Below are positions 53,767-62,418 of a DNA stretch of 62,418 nt, in pieces. The notes beneath the pieces were generated by a model. That model was not told the DNA's origin, did not search any database, and saw only the letters and a list, made by a program, of their open reading frames with translations. Where the stretch lies: positions 1 to 62,418 of the IMG/VR virus record IMGVR_UViG_3300021963_000132; one strand, written 5' to 3'. Source of the DNA: a virus. Its lineage: Duplodnaviria > Caudoviricetes. Every line of letters starts with the position of its first letter. Position 1 is the first letter of the stretch. The translations under genes were made by a program, and so were the position numbers.

Positions 53767-53831
53767 AAGTGGGAACATAGCACGGCGAAATGCTGCAATG
53801 GCGGAAGTATTCGTTCGAGTAGTTTGAGGGC

Positions 53832-54467
53832 GTGAACAACTACGATGACGCGATGAGCAAAATGGCACTTAGTCTTACCAGTGCTCAAGTTGCAAAGAAC
53901 TATATTGTTGAGGATTTTGGCATCGGAGAAGACCTGCCATTCACTTTCTTTTTCTGGCAAGGAGGGCATCTTTTAATGGCAGCACAAATGCGTCGGGAAT
54001 TGATGCTTCTCGCGGTTCAGGACAGATTGGAAAGGTGTGGCCACATGGCCGCGAAGGTGAGTTCGTCCTTCCCTGACGTTTCTGCCATCACATTCGTCGC
54101 GGAGGCATTCGAAACACTTGACAAGAGTAGGCTTGACGGGCGAGAATTGCGGGCCGCTTTTGTGGAGGAAAAAGACTTGGTCAGGGAATGTCTCACAATC
54201 ACTCACTGTGAACAAAATCGCGCAAACGGTCAACTTGAGTTGACGCTTGCCTCGCTTCCATACGAGTACAAATTGGGGCGCACCATTGATTGGGGTGCTC
54301 CACTTGGCTTTGTCGGTGGAGTGGATAAGGTTCTAAAAACCTCGGCAGTATCCAGAGTTCTCCTTGGTGCATTATCTGTTGAACGCGACATCATTACGAA
54401 TGATGCTGATATAGAAGTATTTTTTTCGACACTAATTACTGACGGTTTTAATATACAAGAGTTCTGA
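53832..54467 (+). CDS. Hypothetical protein (211 aa)
   Basis: GAGGG RBS before GTG; ends just before the tRNA. Confidence 0.75.
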   Translation: MNNYDDAMSKMALSLTSAQVAKNYIVEDFGIGEDLPFTFFFWQGGHLLMAAQMRRELMLLAVQDRLERCGHMAAKVSSSFPDVSAITFVAEAFETLDKSRLDGRELRAAFVEEKDLVRECLTITHCEQNRANGQLELTLASLPYEYKLGRTIDWGAPLGFVGGVDKVLKTSAVSRVLLGALSVERDIITNDADIEVFFSTLITDGFNIQEF

Positions 54468-54475
54468 GTTCCCAG

Positions 54476-54551
54476 GAGCCAGTAACTCAGTGGTAAGAGT
54501 GGCATTCTTATAAAATGCAGGTCGCGGGTTCAATTCCCGCCTGGCTCACCA
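54476..54551 (+). tRNA. tRNA-Ile, anticodon UAU
   Basis: Acceptor GAGCCAG/CTGGCTC plus ACCA; D arm ACTC..GAGT; anticodon arm GCATT-CT TAT AA-AATGC; T arm GCGGG-TTCAATT-CCCGC; 76 nt. Confidence 0.93.
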
Positions 54552-54582
54552 AACCAACTGATGGATATGATAAATTTATTGT

Positions 54583-54894
54583 GTGGACCTTTATTTCTCA
54601 CAGTACCTCGGCGCCGATAGCGATTTTATGCGCGACATCAAGTTTGCGCGCGCCGATAGACAGCCCTGCATAGTCTGTGGTCATCCAACGGGAGACTGCG
54701 CGTCGGACACGTCCAATCCAACTCACGTGATTGGATTTGACGTTGCTGGCGAGCAGAGAACACCGTTGGTCTTTCTTGAAGAAGATGTTTGGGAAGAGCG
54801 AGCAATAACGCCTTACACGAAGGCTCGCGTGCTGGTATACAAGAAGGGTCAGAGCATTGGCCGTGACGAAGCGGAAAGATTGGGTCTTATCTAG
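54583..54894 (+). CDS. Hypothetical protein with C-x2-C-x-H-x4-C motif
   Basis: PCIVCGHPTGDC. Confidence 0.7.
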   Translation: MDLYFSQYLGADSDFMRDIKFARADRQPCIVCGHPTGDCASDTSNPTHVIGFDVAGEQRTPLVFLEEDVWEERAITPYTKARVLVYKKGQSIGRDEAERLGLI

Positions 54895-54962
54895 ACACTT
54901 TCATTATTCGCGGGTCGCCTACAATGGACCTCTCTGATTAACCAACACTTCTAAGGATTGCC

Positions 54963-56888
54963 ATGGCTCGCATTGATGATGATTTTGTCCGTTCGTACTC
55001 AACCCAAACTCCACCCTGGGGATTCAATGGTATGGGAGAGATTGTTTTCCTTCGTACCTATAGCCGCAAAAAGGAGAATGGCGATACCGAAACATGGCCA
55101 GAGACAATTCAGCGCGTCATCAACGGAGCGCTCGATATCGGTGTTCCATACACGCAGGATGAGGCGGAACGCCTGTTCGACCATCTCTTCAATCTTCGCT
55201 GTTCGTTTTCCGGTCGCTCATTGTGGCAACTTGGTACTCCGCTGACCCAGAAGTTCTCAGGAACTAGCCTCAATAATTGTTATTTCGTCAACATCGAGGC
55301 CATCGAGGACCTTGAGTTGCTCTTTGATTACCTCATGCTTGGCGGTGGCGTTGGCTTCTCTGTTGAGCGTTCCAAGATTCATGACCTTCCCAAGGTGAAG
55401 GCTGGTGTCTCAATCACGCATGAGCGCTCCAACGATGCCGACATTATTGTTCCAGACTCACGCCAGGGATGGCGTCGCCTGCTCCACGCTGTCTTGAAGT
55501 CGTATTTTGAGACTGGCAAATCCTTTTCGTATTCGACAATTCTCATTCGTGAGTTTGGCGCACCACTAAAGACATTTGGTGGAACCGCTTCTGGTCCTGG
55601 GGCACTCATTGATGGAATTGCCGACATCTGCAAGGTGATGGATAATCGCATTGGCAAGAAATTGCGCTCCATTGATGTTCTCGATATCTGTAACATCATT
55701 GGGCGCATTGTCGTATCGGGTTCTTCACGTCGTTCTGCTCAGATTGCTATTGGTGACCCGGATGACGTCCTGTTTCTTCGTGCAAAGAACTGGGGAACTG
55801 GCAACATCCCTGCTTGGCGGGCCAACAGCAATAACAGCATCTATGCCGACGCATATGACGAGATTCTGCCAGAACTGTGGCGTGGCTACGATGGCAGCGG
55901 AGAGCCATATGGCCTTGTTAACCGTCGCCTTGCCAGAAAGTACGGACGTATCGGTCAGGCAAAACCGGACCCGACAATTGAGGGCTATAACCCGTGCGCC
56001 GAGATTGCCCTGGGTGATGGTGAGTCATGTAACCTGTCTACGATTTTCCTACCAAACGTGCAGTCACTTGAGCAACTAACAGACATCTCCTATTTGCTCT
56101 ACAAGACGCAGAAGCAAATCACTCGCATGAACTACCCATACGAGAAGACGACAAAAATTGTTCAAAAGAATGCCCGTCTGGGTCAGTCAATCACCGGAAT
56201 TCTCCAATGCCCAGAAGAGAAGATTGCGTGGCTTGACCCCGCATACAAGGCGCTAGAAACCCTAGATGCTGTGTACTCCAGGGACAATGGTCTTCCTGTG
56301 TCTGTTCGCCTCACTACCGTTCAGCCATCCGGAACACTCTCGTTGCTTCCGGGTGTAACTCCGGGGATTCACCCCGCTTTTGCGCAGTATTACATCCGCC
56401 GAGTCCGCTTTGGTTCGTCTGACCCGCTGGTTGATGCTTGCCGCAAGCGTGGTTACAAAGTTCAGTATGATGTTGGCATCGATGGACGAGAGGACCATAC
56501 GCGCTTTGTTGTGGAGTTCCCCTGTGAGTCACCAGAAGGTTCTGTTCTCGCGAAGGACATGACGGCGGTGGCTCAGTTGGAGTGGGTCAAGAAGATGCAG
56601 ACCGAATGGGCAGACAATGCTGTGTCGGTAACTGTCTATTACCGCAAGGAAGAACTTGCGGAAATCAAGGAATGGCTTGCCAAGAACTATGACGACTCAG
56701 TAAAGTCTGTTTCGTTCTTATTGCACTCTGACCACAACTTCCCATTACCACCCTATGAGGAAATTACCAAAGAGGCGTATGACAAGATGCTGGCAAAGGT
56801 TGACTTCTCTATTCCGCTTCACCGCCCTGCTTTTGATGGCTCCGTGGAATTGGATGACTGTGCGACGGGGGCTTGCCCAATCAAATGA
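54963..56888 (+). CDS. nrdJ: Class II (adenosylcobalamin-dependent) ribonucleotide reductase
   Basis: RTYSR, NNC, GGGVGFSV, RRSAQI, NPCAEI, CNL, TTVQPSGT and C-terminal CATGACPIK; no NrdB-like gene nearby. Confidence 0.92.
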   Translation: MARIDDDFVRSYSTQTPPWGFNGMGEIVFLRTYSRKKENGDTETWPETIQRVINGALDIGVPYTQDEAERLFDHLFNLRCSFSGRSLWQLGTPLTQKFSGTSLNNCYFVNIEAIEDLELLFDYLMLGGGVGFSVERSKIHDLPKVKAGVSITHERSNDADIIVPDSRQGWRRLLHAVLKSYFETGKSFSYSTILIREFGAPLKTFGGTASGPGALIDGIADICKVMDNRIGKKLRSIDVLDICNIIGRIVVSGSSRRSAQIAIGDPDDVLFLRAKNWGTGNIPAWRANSNNSIYADAYDEILPELWRGYDGSGEPYGLVNRRLARKYGRIGQAKPDPTIEGYNPCAEIALGDGESCNLSTIFLPNVQSLEQLTDISYLLYKTQKQITRMNYPYEKTTKIVQKNARLGQSITGILQCPEEKIAWLDPAYKALETLDAVYSRDNGLPVSVRLTTVQPSGTLSLLPGVTPGIHPAFAQYYIRRVRFGSSDPLVDACRKRGYKVQYDVGIDGREDHTRFVVEFPCESPEGSVLAKDMTAVAQLEWVKKMQTEWADNAVSVTVYYRKEELAEIKEWLAKNYDDSVKSVSFLLHSDHNFPLPPYEEITKEAYDKMLAKVDFSIPLHRPAFDGSVELDDCATGACPIK

Positions 56889-57385
56889 TTAACGACAACT
56901 TACCCAAGTACGACCTTGGCGGGGGAACAAACTCCCCAGAGGGGTTTCTTGCGGTTGACATCATTGAGACAGCGGACATAGTTTGCGACATTCGTCGTGG
57001 TCTTCCGTTTGAGGACAACTCAGTTGGCGTCATCCGCGCTCAAGACTTCCTGGAACACATCCCCCATTGCCGAGATTCAACATGTCTGCACATGGCTTGC
57101 CACTGCACCGTTGGATTGATGAATGAGATTCACAGGGTACTGGTGAAGGGCGGTCAGTTATTGTCCATGACCCCATCAACGGGTGGTCGCGGAGCATTTC
57201 AAGACCCAACACATTGCTCATTCTGGAACCCGAACTCATTCTGGTACTACATGCGCGAGGAACAGGCTCGTTTTGTTCCCGGCATCAAAGCAAGATTTGC
57301 GGGCGATGTCTGGGAGGATTTCCCAACTCCATGGCACAAACAGCATCACATCCTGTATGTTTATGCGAATCTTGTAAAAGTGTAA
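56885..57385 (+). CDS. Class I SAM-dependent methyltransferase-like protein
   Basis: DLGGG...VDI...GLPFEDNSV...DFLEHI...EIHRVLVKGG...DPTH. Confidence 0.75.
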   Translation: MINDNLPKYDLGGGTNSPEGFLAVDIIETADIVCDIRRGLPFEDNSVGVIRAQDFLEHIPHCRDSTCLHMACHCTVGLMNEIHRVLVKGGQLLSMTPSTGGRGAFQDPTHCSFWNPNSFWYYMREEQARFVPGIKARFAGDVWEDFPTPWHKQHHILYVYANLVKV

Positions 57386-57401
57386 AAGTGGGAGCGATTC
57401 A

Positions 57402-58052
57402 ATGCCTGAGTTGAATGCCAACATACCGCCGATTGAGTGCTACGTAAGAGGGAACTACCTGCGTGACCAGAGAGATTCTCATGACCTCTATTTTCCTTGT
57501 GTAATTTTCGGTGTTGCCTCAATTCAGGGTCGGAGTCCACTTTTTCATTTCCTAATGGAGGACGGGGGTGTTTGGTGGCGCATGCCCATTTCTGCGTTTT
57601 GCATGAAACCAGGCGTGCCGGAGGAGGACATACACAACTTAGTCCTATGGAATTCCTTCTCGGCCCATATTGCCGTAACAGAATTTCAGGCGATGCGCAA
57701 TATGAGAATGACGTATGTTGCACGCACTGGAGAATTCGTCAATGGCAAATACCTTTTCACACTTGACTGGCACGCCCCAGATGACAACAACATTAATCTA
57801 GGTTTTTCCATCAACCCTGGACAGCATAAGTGTGGTCATGTCATTGCTCGGGATGATGGGAATATTGCAATTCAACCCAATAATCGTGTTCGTCTTTTTG
57901 ACCCCTCAATAACAACAAAATCGGGCACCCTCATAGAACGACTTGTCAACACCAGACAATGGGATGTCGAAGATGCGACAAAATGGCGGACATCCGATGA
58001 TGATAGGTACGAATACGACATCACGATTGCGCAGGAATATGACAATGAATAA
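57402..58052 (+). CDS. Hypothetical phage protein (216 aa)
   Basis: LNANIP...WRMPISAF...GKYLFTLDW...HKCGH...DGNIAIQPNNR. Confidence 0.75.
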   Translation: MPELNANIPPIECYVRGNYLRDQRDSHDLYFPCVIFGVASIQGRSPLFHFLMEDGGVWWRMPISAFCMKPGVPEEDIHNLVLWNSFSAHIAVTEFQAMRNMRMTYVARTGEFVNGKYLFTLDWHAPDDNNINLGFSINPGQHKCGHVIARDDGNIAIQPNNRVRLFDPSITTKSGTLIERLVNTRQWDVEDATKWRTSDDDRYEYDITIAQEYDNE

Positions 58053-58419
58053 AATGAGCCACGGTATTGAAAAAACCATTTTGGGAGCGGGTATTGAAGA
58101 AGCCATTGCCCAAGCAGAGCGAATGTTGTGTCCCAAGGGACTACCGCATACAGGCGAAAACAATCGCGCCGAACACGGGCACACTGAATGCTGGGTGATT
58201 GGTGAACTATTGAACGAGATTGACCGATTGCGGGCTGCGCTCAGGGACACAGACAATGACTTTCACACCCTTAAGACACTGTTCGATAAGATGCGTATCG
58301 ACCGCGACCGTTGGCACAAAATTGCCGACGGTTTGTACGGCTGGGCAATCGAGGTACAGGGAGACCACGTGAAAACGGCAGAAGTATTGGCCTATAAGCA
58401 GGCGGTGCACGATGAGTAA
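58045..58419 (+). CDS. Hypothetical protein
   Basis: Likely start MNKMSHG overlapping the previous gene; EIDRLR coiled coil. Confidence 0.55.
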   Translation: MNKMSHGIEKTILGAGIEEAIAQAERMLCPKGLPHTGENNRAEHGHTECWVIGELLNEIDRLRAALRDTDNDFHTLKTLFDKMRIDRDRWHKIADGLYGWAIEVQGDHVKTAEVLAYKQAVHDE

Positions 58420-58570
58420 TGATATCGTGACTCGCTTGCGACAATGGGATGACCAACAGCCACCATTCCAGATAATGATGGATGCCGCTAATGAAATTGA
58501 ACGATTACGCAACATTCTTGAGAGTGTGCGAGTTGAGCGAGATATGTGGGAGCGCGAGGCGCGTCGGTAG
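58412..58570 (+). CDS. Small phage protein (52 aa)
   Basis: Manual translation MSNDIVTRLRQW...MDAANEIERLR; this DIVxRLR/AAxEIERLR pattern is common in small phage proteins. Confidence 0.6.
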   Translation: MSNDIVTRLRQWDDQQPPFQIMMDAANEIERLRNILESVRVERDMWEREARR

Positions 58571-58599
58571 TTTGTAAAACATCAACACCAGGAGACAAA

Positions 58600-58767
58600 A
58601 TGAGTTACCAAAATCAAGCAGCAATTGACGCGAACAGACGACTGGAGAGGCAGCGAGACATTTACTCTGCTGGTGAGCCAACGCGCAGCATGCATGATAC
58701 GCTGAAAGAGATAAAAGTGATTTTATCCGAAATTTTGGAGTTAATGAAACAAAATGGCCCACAATGA
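58600..58767 (+). CDS. Hypothetical protein
   Basis: AGGAG RBS before MSYQNQ. Confidence 0.55.
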   Translation: MSYQNQAAIDANRRLERQRDIYSAGEPTRSMHDTLKEIKVILSEILELMKQNGPQ

Positions 58768-58969
58768 TGATATCGCAAAGATAATTATCGCCCCAACAGT
58801 TGAACGAAGGAAGTCTGTTAGGTGTCTGGTGTTTGGAGACACTATTCGTTGGGCTCGCGAAACACCTATGGAGCAAGTCTGGCCCGATGGGGACCCAGTC
58901 GCTCGCGATAAAGAGATGCTCGTGGAATGGATTACGGAGGAAGAATTTATCAATGAACAAACCCACTGA
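58754..58969 (+). CDS. Hypothetical protein
   Basis: Overlaps both neighbours in a packed run of genes. Confidence 0.5.
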   Translation: MAHNDDIAKIIIAPTVERRKSVRCLVFGDTIRWARETPMEQVWPDGDPVARDKEMLVEWITEEEFINEQTH

Positions 58970-59342
58970 AAAGGACATGGGGATTGTCATAGATAGAATT
59001 ATCGACGGCTACTGGAGGGGCATATCGTGCGACCAGGGCTGGTGGGGCTTGGTTCTTGAGTGCGATAAGGAACTTGCCAATATTGACCCGGACTACACCA
59101 TCTACCAGGTTAAGGAAAAGTTTGGAGGTCTTCGTTTTTACTTTGACACCAAAGATATTCGTGCCAAGAACACAATGAATAAAATTGTTCGCAAATACGA
59201 AGAATTGGCGGCACGGACTTGCGAGGTGAGTGGAAAAGCCGGAGTCCTAATGTTGAAACTTGGAAGATACCGTACATTGGGCCCAGAATTCGCCGATGAG
59301 GGCTGGTCGCCGGTAGAAAACATTCTTAAAGAAAAAGGATGA
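58953..59342 (+). CDS. Phage protein with QVKEKFGGLRFY motif
   Basis: Likely start MNKPTEK; GW..L...QVKEKFGGLRFY...TCEVSG. Confidence 0.7.
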   Translation: MNKPTEKDMGIVIDRIIDGYWRGISCDQGWWGLVLECDKELANIDPDYTIYQVKEKFGGLRFYFDTKDIRAKNTMNKIVRKYEELAARTCEVSGKAGVLMLKLGRYRTLGPEFADEGWSPVENILKEKG

Positions 59343-59363
59343 TAGGTTGTCGGAAGATAAACC

Positions 59364-60518
59364 ATGACGCGCCAAAGAATGTTCCTAGATATGTCTGTCG
59401 TAGAAGCGGCAAGACAACGAATTCGCCACGTATACGATACCTTTGACACAGTTTGTGTTCAGTTCTCTGGCGGCAAAGACTCAAGTGCTGTCCTTTATCT
59501 GGCCAAAGAGATACACGAAGAGCGTGGACTCGGACCAGTCAAGGTTATTTTCCGTGACGAGGAATTCGTCAGTCCTGCTGTGGATGAATACGTGCAATTT
59601 ATTAGTAAGCAAGACTGGGTCGACATGGAGTGGTACTGCTTGCCCCAGGGCATTGAGGTCGCATCTCTTGGGCGACGACTGGACGAAATCATTTGGTCAG
59701 AAGAAAGAATCCGAGAAGGACGTCTCTTTAGGCCCATACCTGACGGTGCCATAACCGGTTATCACTTTGGCCTAGACCACTCGCAACCCGTACCAGAGCA
59801 CATGGACTACTACACCACGGCGGGGAAGAAGGGCAATATTGCCTTTATCTTGGGTATTCGTGCGGCCGAATCAATGATTCGGTATAGGTCGTGCGTGCAG
59901 AAATTGCACGAAAACTACATAGTTACACCATTTATGTCCAAAAAGGGACTACCAGTTAAGTTTGCCAAAATCATTTATGACTGGCAAATTAATGATGTAT
60001 TTAAGTTCCTCTCCGAAGAACACAATGCCCCCTACTGCGAGTACTACGACCTTGCAACTCTAACTGGCTCCAACAATAGAGTTGGGCACCCCTTGCACAT
60101 GGTTGCGATGAGAAGGATTGGCGATGTTGTGGCGACAGAACCAGACTTCTATGACAATTTGTACGACACATACCCAATCATCGATGCCCATCGACGTTGG
60201 TGGCCAGACTACGACCTCGAAAAAATTATTGAGTCTCAGGCTGCACTGGGGTTTGGCGGCATACGTGATTTTATTAATCAGTTTTATTGGGGTCAGGATA
60301 CGGCGAAGAGGGCAATGTCATTGGTCGCCGAGTTCCGCAAAAAGCACGCGAAAGACCCCTACTCATATCCACTTGAATACTTAATCAGAATACTCTTGAC
60401 TGCCGAGGTTTGGGGCCACACAATTTCGCCCGTTGGACCCAAGACGAGAGCCCATACAGTAAGACTGGCAGCACGAAATATGGAAGAAGGAGACGACCCC
60501 CATGACATTGAAGATTGA
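59364..60518 (+). CDS. PAPS-reductase-family PP-loop protein (IbrA-like)
   Basis: QFSGGKDS...IFRDEE...LGIRAAES..R...IYDW...DVF. Confidence 0.85.
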   Translation: MTRQRMFLDMSVVEAARQRIRHVYDTFDTVCVQFSGGKDSSAVLYLAKEIHEERGLGPVKVIFRDEEFVSPAVDEYVQFISKQDWVDMEWYCLPQGIEVASLGRRLDEIIWSEERIREGRLFRPIPDGAITGYHFGLDHSQPVPEHMDYYTTAGKKGNIAFILGIRAAESMIRYRSCVQKLHENYIVTPFMSKKGLPVKFAKIIYDWQINDVFKFLSEEHNAPYCEYYDLATLTGSNNRVGHPLHMVAMRRIGDVVATEPDFYDNLYDTYPIIDAHRRWWPDYDLEKIIESQAALGFGGIRDFINQFYWGQDTAKRAMSLVAEFRKKHAKDPYSYPLEYLIRILLTAEVWGHTISPVGPKTRAHTVRLAARNMEEGDDPHDIED

Positions 60519-61062
60519 AAATGTTGACATAGCAACACTCAAGGAGCCTCAGTGGAGTACCACGCACATCCTTCGTCCGGATTTGTTGGTTCTCGCTGAT
60601 TCCATTGGTGTATATGGGGTCCTGTCGCCGCTGCTGGTTCAGTCGTCAACAAACGTAGTTATTGATGGCACTCAACGCCTACGACTTATTTCTGGGAACA
60701 AGCATCTTCTGCAAAAAACTGGCGGCATAGTTCCTGTTGTCTACATGGATGTAGACGAACTAGACGCGATGATTATTCACGTTCAGGTGAATCGAGGACG
60801 CGGAGCGATGGTTGCCAAGAAACTGTCAGCAATTGTTCGGATGTTGAGCAAAACCAAGAAATTTTCTGAATCAGATTTTGGTAAACGATTTGCTATGAGG
60901 TTTTTGGAATTAGAACTTATGCTTGACGCCTCAATCCTCAAGCATCGCGATATTAAAAATCATACATACTCAAGGGCATGGGTTCCTGTTGAGGCTCCTC
61001 CTGGAACGGTTGAGAGTGGCGATGAAATCTCCATTGAGCGCCCACCCAACCCCGATAGATAA
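60502..61062 (+). CDS. ParB/Srx-like protein (IbrB-like partner)
   Basis: L..SI..YGVLSPLLV...VIDGTQR...H...NRGRG...AWVP; overlaps the PP-loop gene. Confidence 0.8.
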   Translation: MTLKIENVDIATLKEPQWSTTHILRPDLLVLADSIGVYGVLSPLLVQSSTNVVIDGTQRLRLISGNKHLLQKTGGIVPVVYMDVDELDAMIIHVQVNRGRGAMVAKKLSAIVRMLSKTKKFSESDFGKRFAMRFLELELMLDASILKHRDIKNHTYSRAWVPVEAPPGTVESGDEISIERPPNPDR

Positions 61063-61086
61063 CTAAATGCCAAGGAAGACCACCAG

Positions 61087-61095
61087 TGGTATACT
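61087..61095 (+). promoter_or_regulatory. Putative extended -10 promoter (TGnTATACT)
   Basis: TGGTATACT in the intergenic region upstream of the neck genes. Confidence 0.4.
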
Positions 61096-61126
61096 CGCAA
61101 TATCGTAATTTCTCAAAGGAGAAACA

Positions 61127-61273
61127 ATGCCCAAGACTAGACGACTTGTACGAGCGCTAAATGTTGCTGGCGGAGTAGTCCGTCGCGGCCTTCAGCGAAC
61201 AGCAGAGCGCGGCCGTCGCCTCCGCGAAGGCATCAGAGGCCGAATAGCACTGCGACGCTCCGCTGGCCGCTGA
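61127..61273 (+). CDS. Small Arg-rich basic protein (48 aa)
   Basis: AAAGGAG RBS; MPKTRRLVRALNVAGGVVRRGLQRTAERGRRLREGIRGRIALRRSAGR. Confidence 0.6.
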   Translation: MPKTRRLVRALNVAGGVVRRGLQRTAERGRRLREGIRGRIALRRSAGR

Positions 61274-61299
61274 CCCTTCTAAACGCCTGGAGGTGACCC

Positions 61300-62160
61300 A
61301 TGCTGGTCACTGTCAATGACCTCATAACCTACATGGATATCTCTTTTAGCCTACGCCAAAGAGATGCGGCTGAATTCGTCCTGGCTGGTCTTCAGAGTGA
61401 ACTGGAGACGTACCTTCGTCGCCCGATAGAGGTTGAGAATTTTACCGAGCAATACGTATTGCCGTATGACCACGTAGGAATGCCAACGTCATCCTTCTTC
61501 TACAACACGTCGTTGGATACGACAATGAACCCCCTTACCTACAGTCAGCCGTCTCCAACAATATATTTTCGTAATTCACCAGTAACTAAAGTTCATTACG
61601 TAAAAATTATCAACTCTTCAACCCCTGGCTTGTTTATGGCGGAGTCTATTGATAGGCGCGCGACTGTTACTGGTGCCGTCAAGGCGGGGACAACAGTGAC
61701 GTATACGGCTGCCGGTCACGGATTTACCAAGGGTCAGCATGTAACAATAACTGGCGTTATTCCAACTGGATATAATTTGGTTGATAAAGAAATTACTGCA
61801 GTCACATCAACGACATTCGCTGTTGGTGGAATCACCGACAGTATCGCAGCATTCGTGTCCGGGGGAACCGCAGATGCATTTGGGTATGATTATACAGTTC
61901 GCCGCTATGGAATAGACGTATATCGTGGTTTCGCTAATGATATTTTCGAAGTCTCCTATGATGCTGGGCTAGATGGTGACAATATCCCCGTATTCAAACT
62001 TATGATTTTGCGTGCCGCCACCAGGGAAATGCAAAACATGCACGACGACGTTGTTGGAATCAAGGACCTAGAACCCAGAAATGTTGCCCCACTTGAAACT
62101 GGGTTTACCGAGAGAGAACTCATGGCACTCAAAAAATACAAGCGAGTGAGGGTTTCTTAA
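61300..62160 (+). CDS. Head-tail adaptor/connector-like protein with an inserted beta domain
   Basis: GGAGG RBS; MLVTVNDLITYM...ELETYLRR...FRNSPV...VSYDAGL...LKKYKR; insert AGHGFTKGQHVTITGV.PTGYN...ITAVTSTTF. Confidence 0.7.
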   Translation: MLVTVNDLITYMDISFSLRQRDAAEFVLAGLQSELETYLRRPIEVENFTEQYVLPYDHVGMPTSSFFYNTSLDTTMNPLTYSQPSPTIYFRNSPVTKVHYVKIINSSTPGLFMAESIDRRATVTGAVKAGTTVTYTAAGHGFTKGQHVTITGVIPTGYNLVDKEITAVTSTTFAVGGITDSIAAFVSGGTADAFGYDYTVRRYGIDVYRGFANDIFEVSYDAGLDGDNIPVFKLMILRAATREMQNMHDDVVGIKDLEPRNVAPLETGFTERELMALKKYKRVRVS

Positions 62161-62418
62161 TGTCCGGGCTTCGCGTAACACTTCGCCTCAGTGACAACGA
62201 TATCCCAGACGAAGTGGAAAAAATCAAAGACAACCTTGATGACTTCGGGCCCGTTTTTCGTCGAGCAAAAGAAGACCTTCAAACATTGTGGAAAAACAAC
62301 TTTCTTCAAAATGGGTTGCCGGTTGGGGGATGGAAACCACTTGATGCCGAGTACGGCTCATGGAAGTCGGTGAACTTCCCTGGAAGGGGGCCGATGATTC
62401 GAAGTGGGAAACTGTTCA
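62160..62418 (+). CDS. Virion morphogenesis / tail-completion-like protein (partial)
   Basis: ATG overlaps the previous TAA; MSGLRVTL...FLQNGLPVGGWKPL...MIRSGKLF; runs off the right edge. Confidence 0.65.
   Translation, partial: MSGLRVTLRLSDNDIPDEVEKIKDNLDDFGPVFRRAKEDLQTLWKNNFLQNGLPVGGWKPLDAEYGSWKSVNFPGRGPMIRSGKLF

Noticed and set aside
54963-56888. Intein or intron in the ribonucleotide reductase
   Set aside because: The ORF is continuous at 641 aa with no splice-junction motifs.
1-62418. Alternative genetic code or stop-codon reassignment
   Set aside because: ORFs of 10 kb are open under code 11, and TAA, TAG and TGA all end genes at sensible boundaries.

Overview
This window is a fragment of a large tailed dsDNA phage (Caudoviricetes, standard genetic code, about 50% GC). 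An actinobacterial host is only a tentative inference. The right third (44-62 kb, mostly + strand) holds a terminase large subunit with a Pro-initiated class 3 LAGLIDADG intein, Rad52/Sak, a PD-(D/E)XK nuclease, an HNH nuclease, RuvC, ParB-like proteins, tRNA-Ile(UAU), class II ribonucleotide reductase, a PAPS-reductase/ParB (IbrA/IbrB-like) pair and neck genes. The left two-thirds is one minus-strand head operon: portal, HK97-type prohead protease, then about 40 kb of giant mosaic proteins (3348, 3364, 2840, 1057, 677 and at least 1094 aa). The main finding has three parts. (1) The protease gene ends in an A-AAA-AAA slippery heptamer followed by a 7-nt spacer and a stem-loop, which predicts a -1 frameshift fusing it to the 3348-aa ORF (about 3850 aa in total). 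(2) The giants share an N-terminal KxLG...DxDxDG...RP leader (or an RCPxG...FTD motif). (3) Their enzymatic modules (zincin, zeta-like kinase, PI3/4K/HipA-like kinase, Nudix, KTSC, ParB-like, ART-like, pentapeptide) are separated by dozens of [S/G/T]-x-R-S-x-R linkers. Together these suggest head-packaged polyproteins that the phage's own prohead protease cuts into effector modules. All domain calls come from motif recognition by eye; no searches were run.
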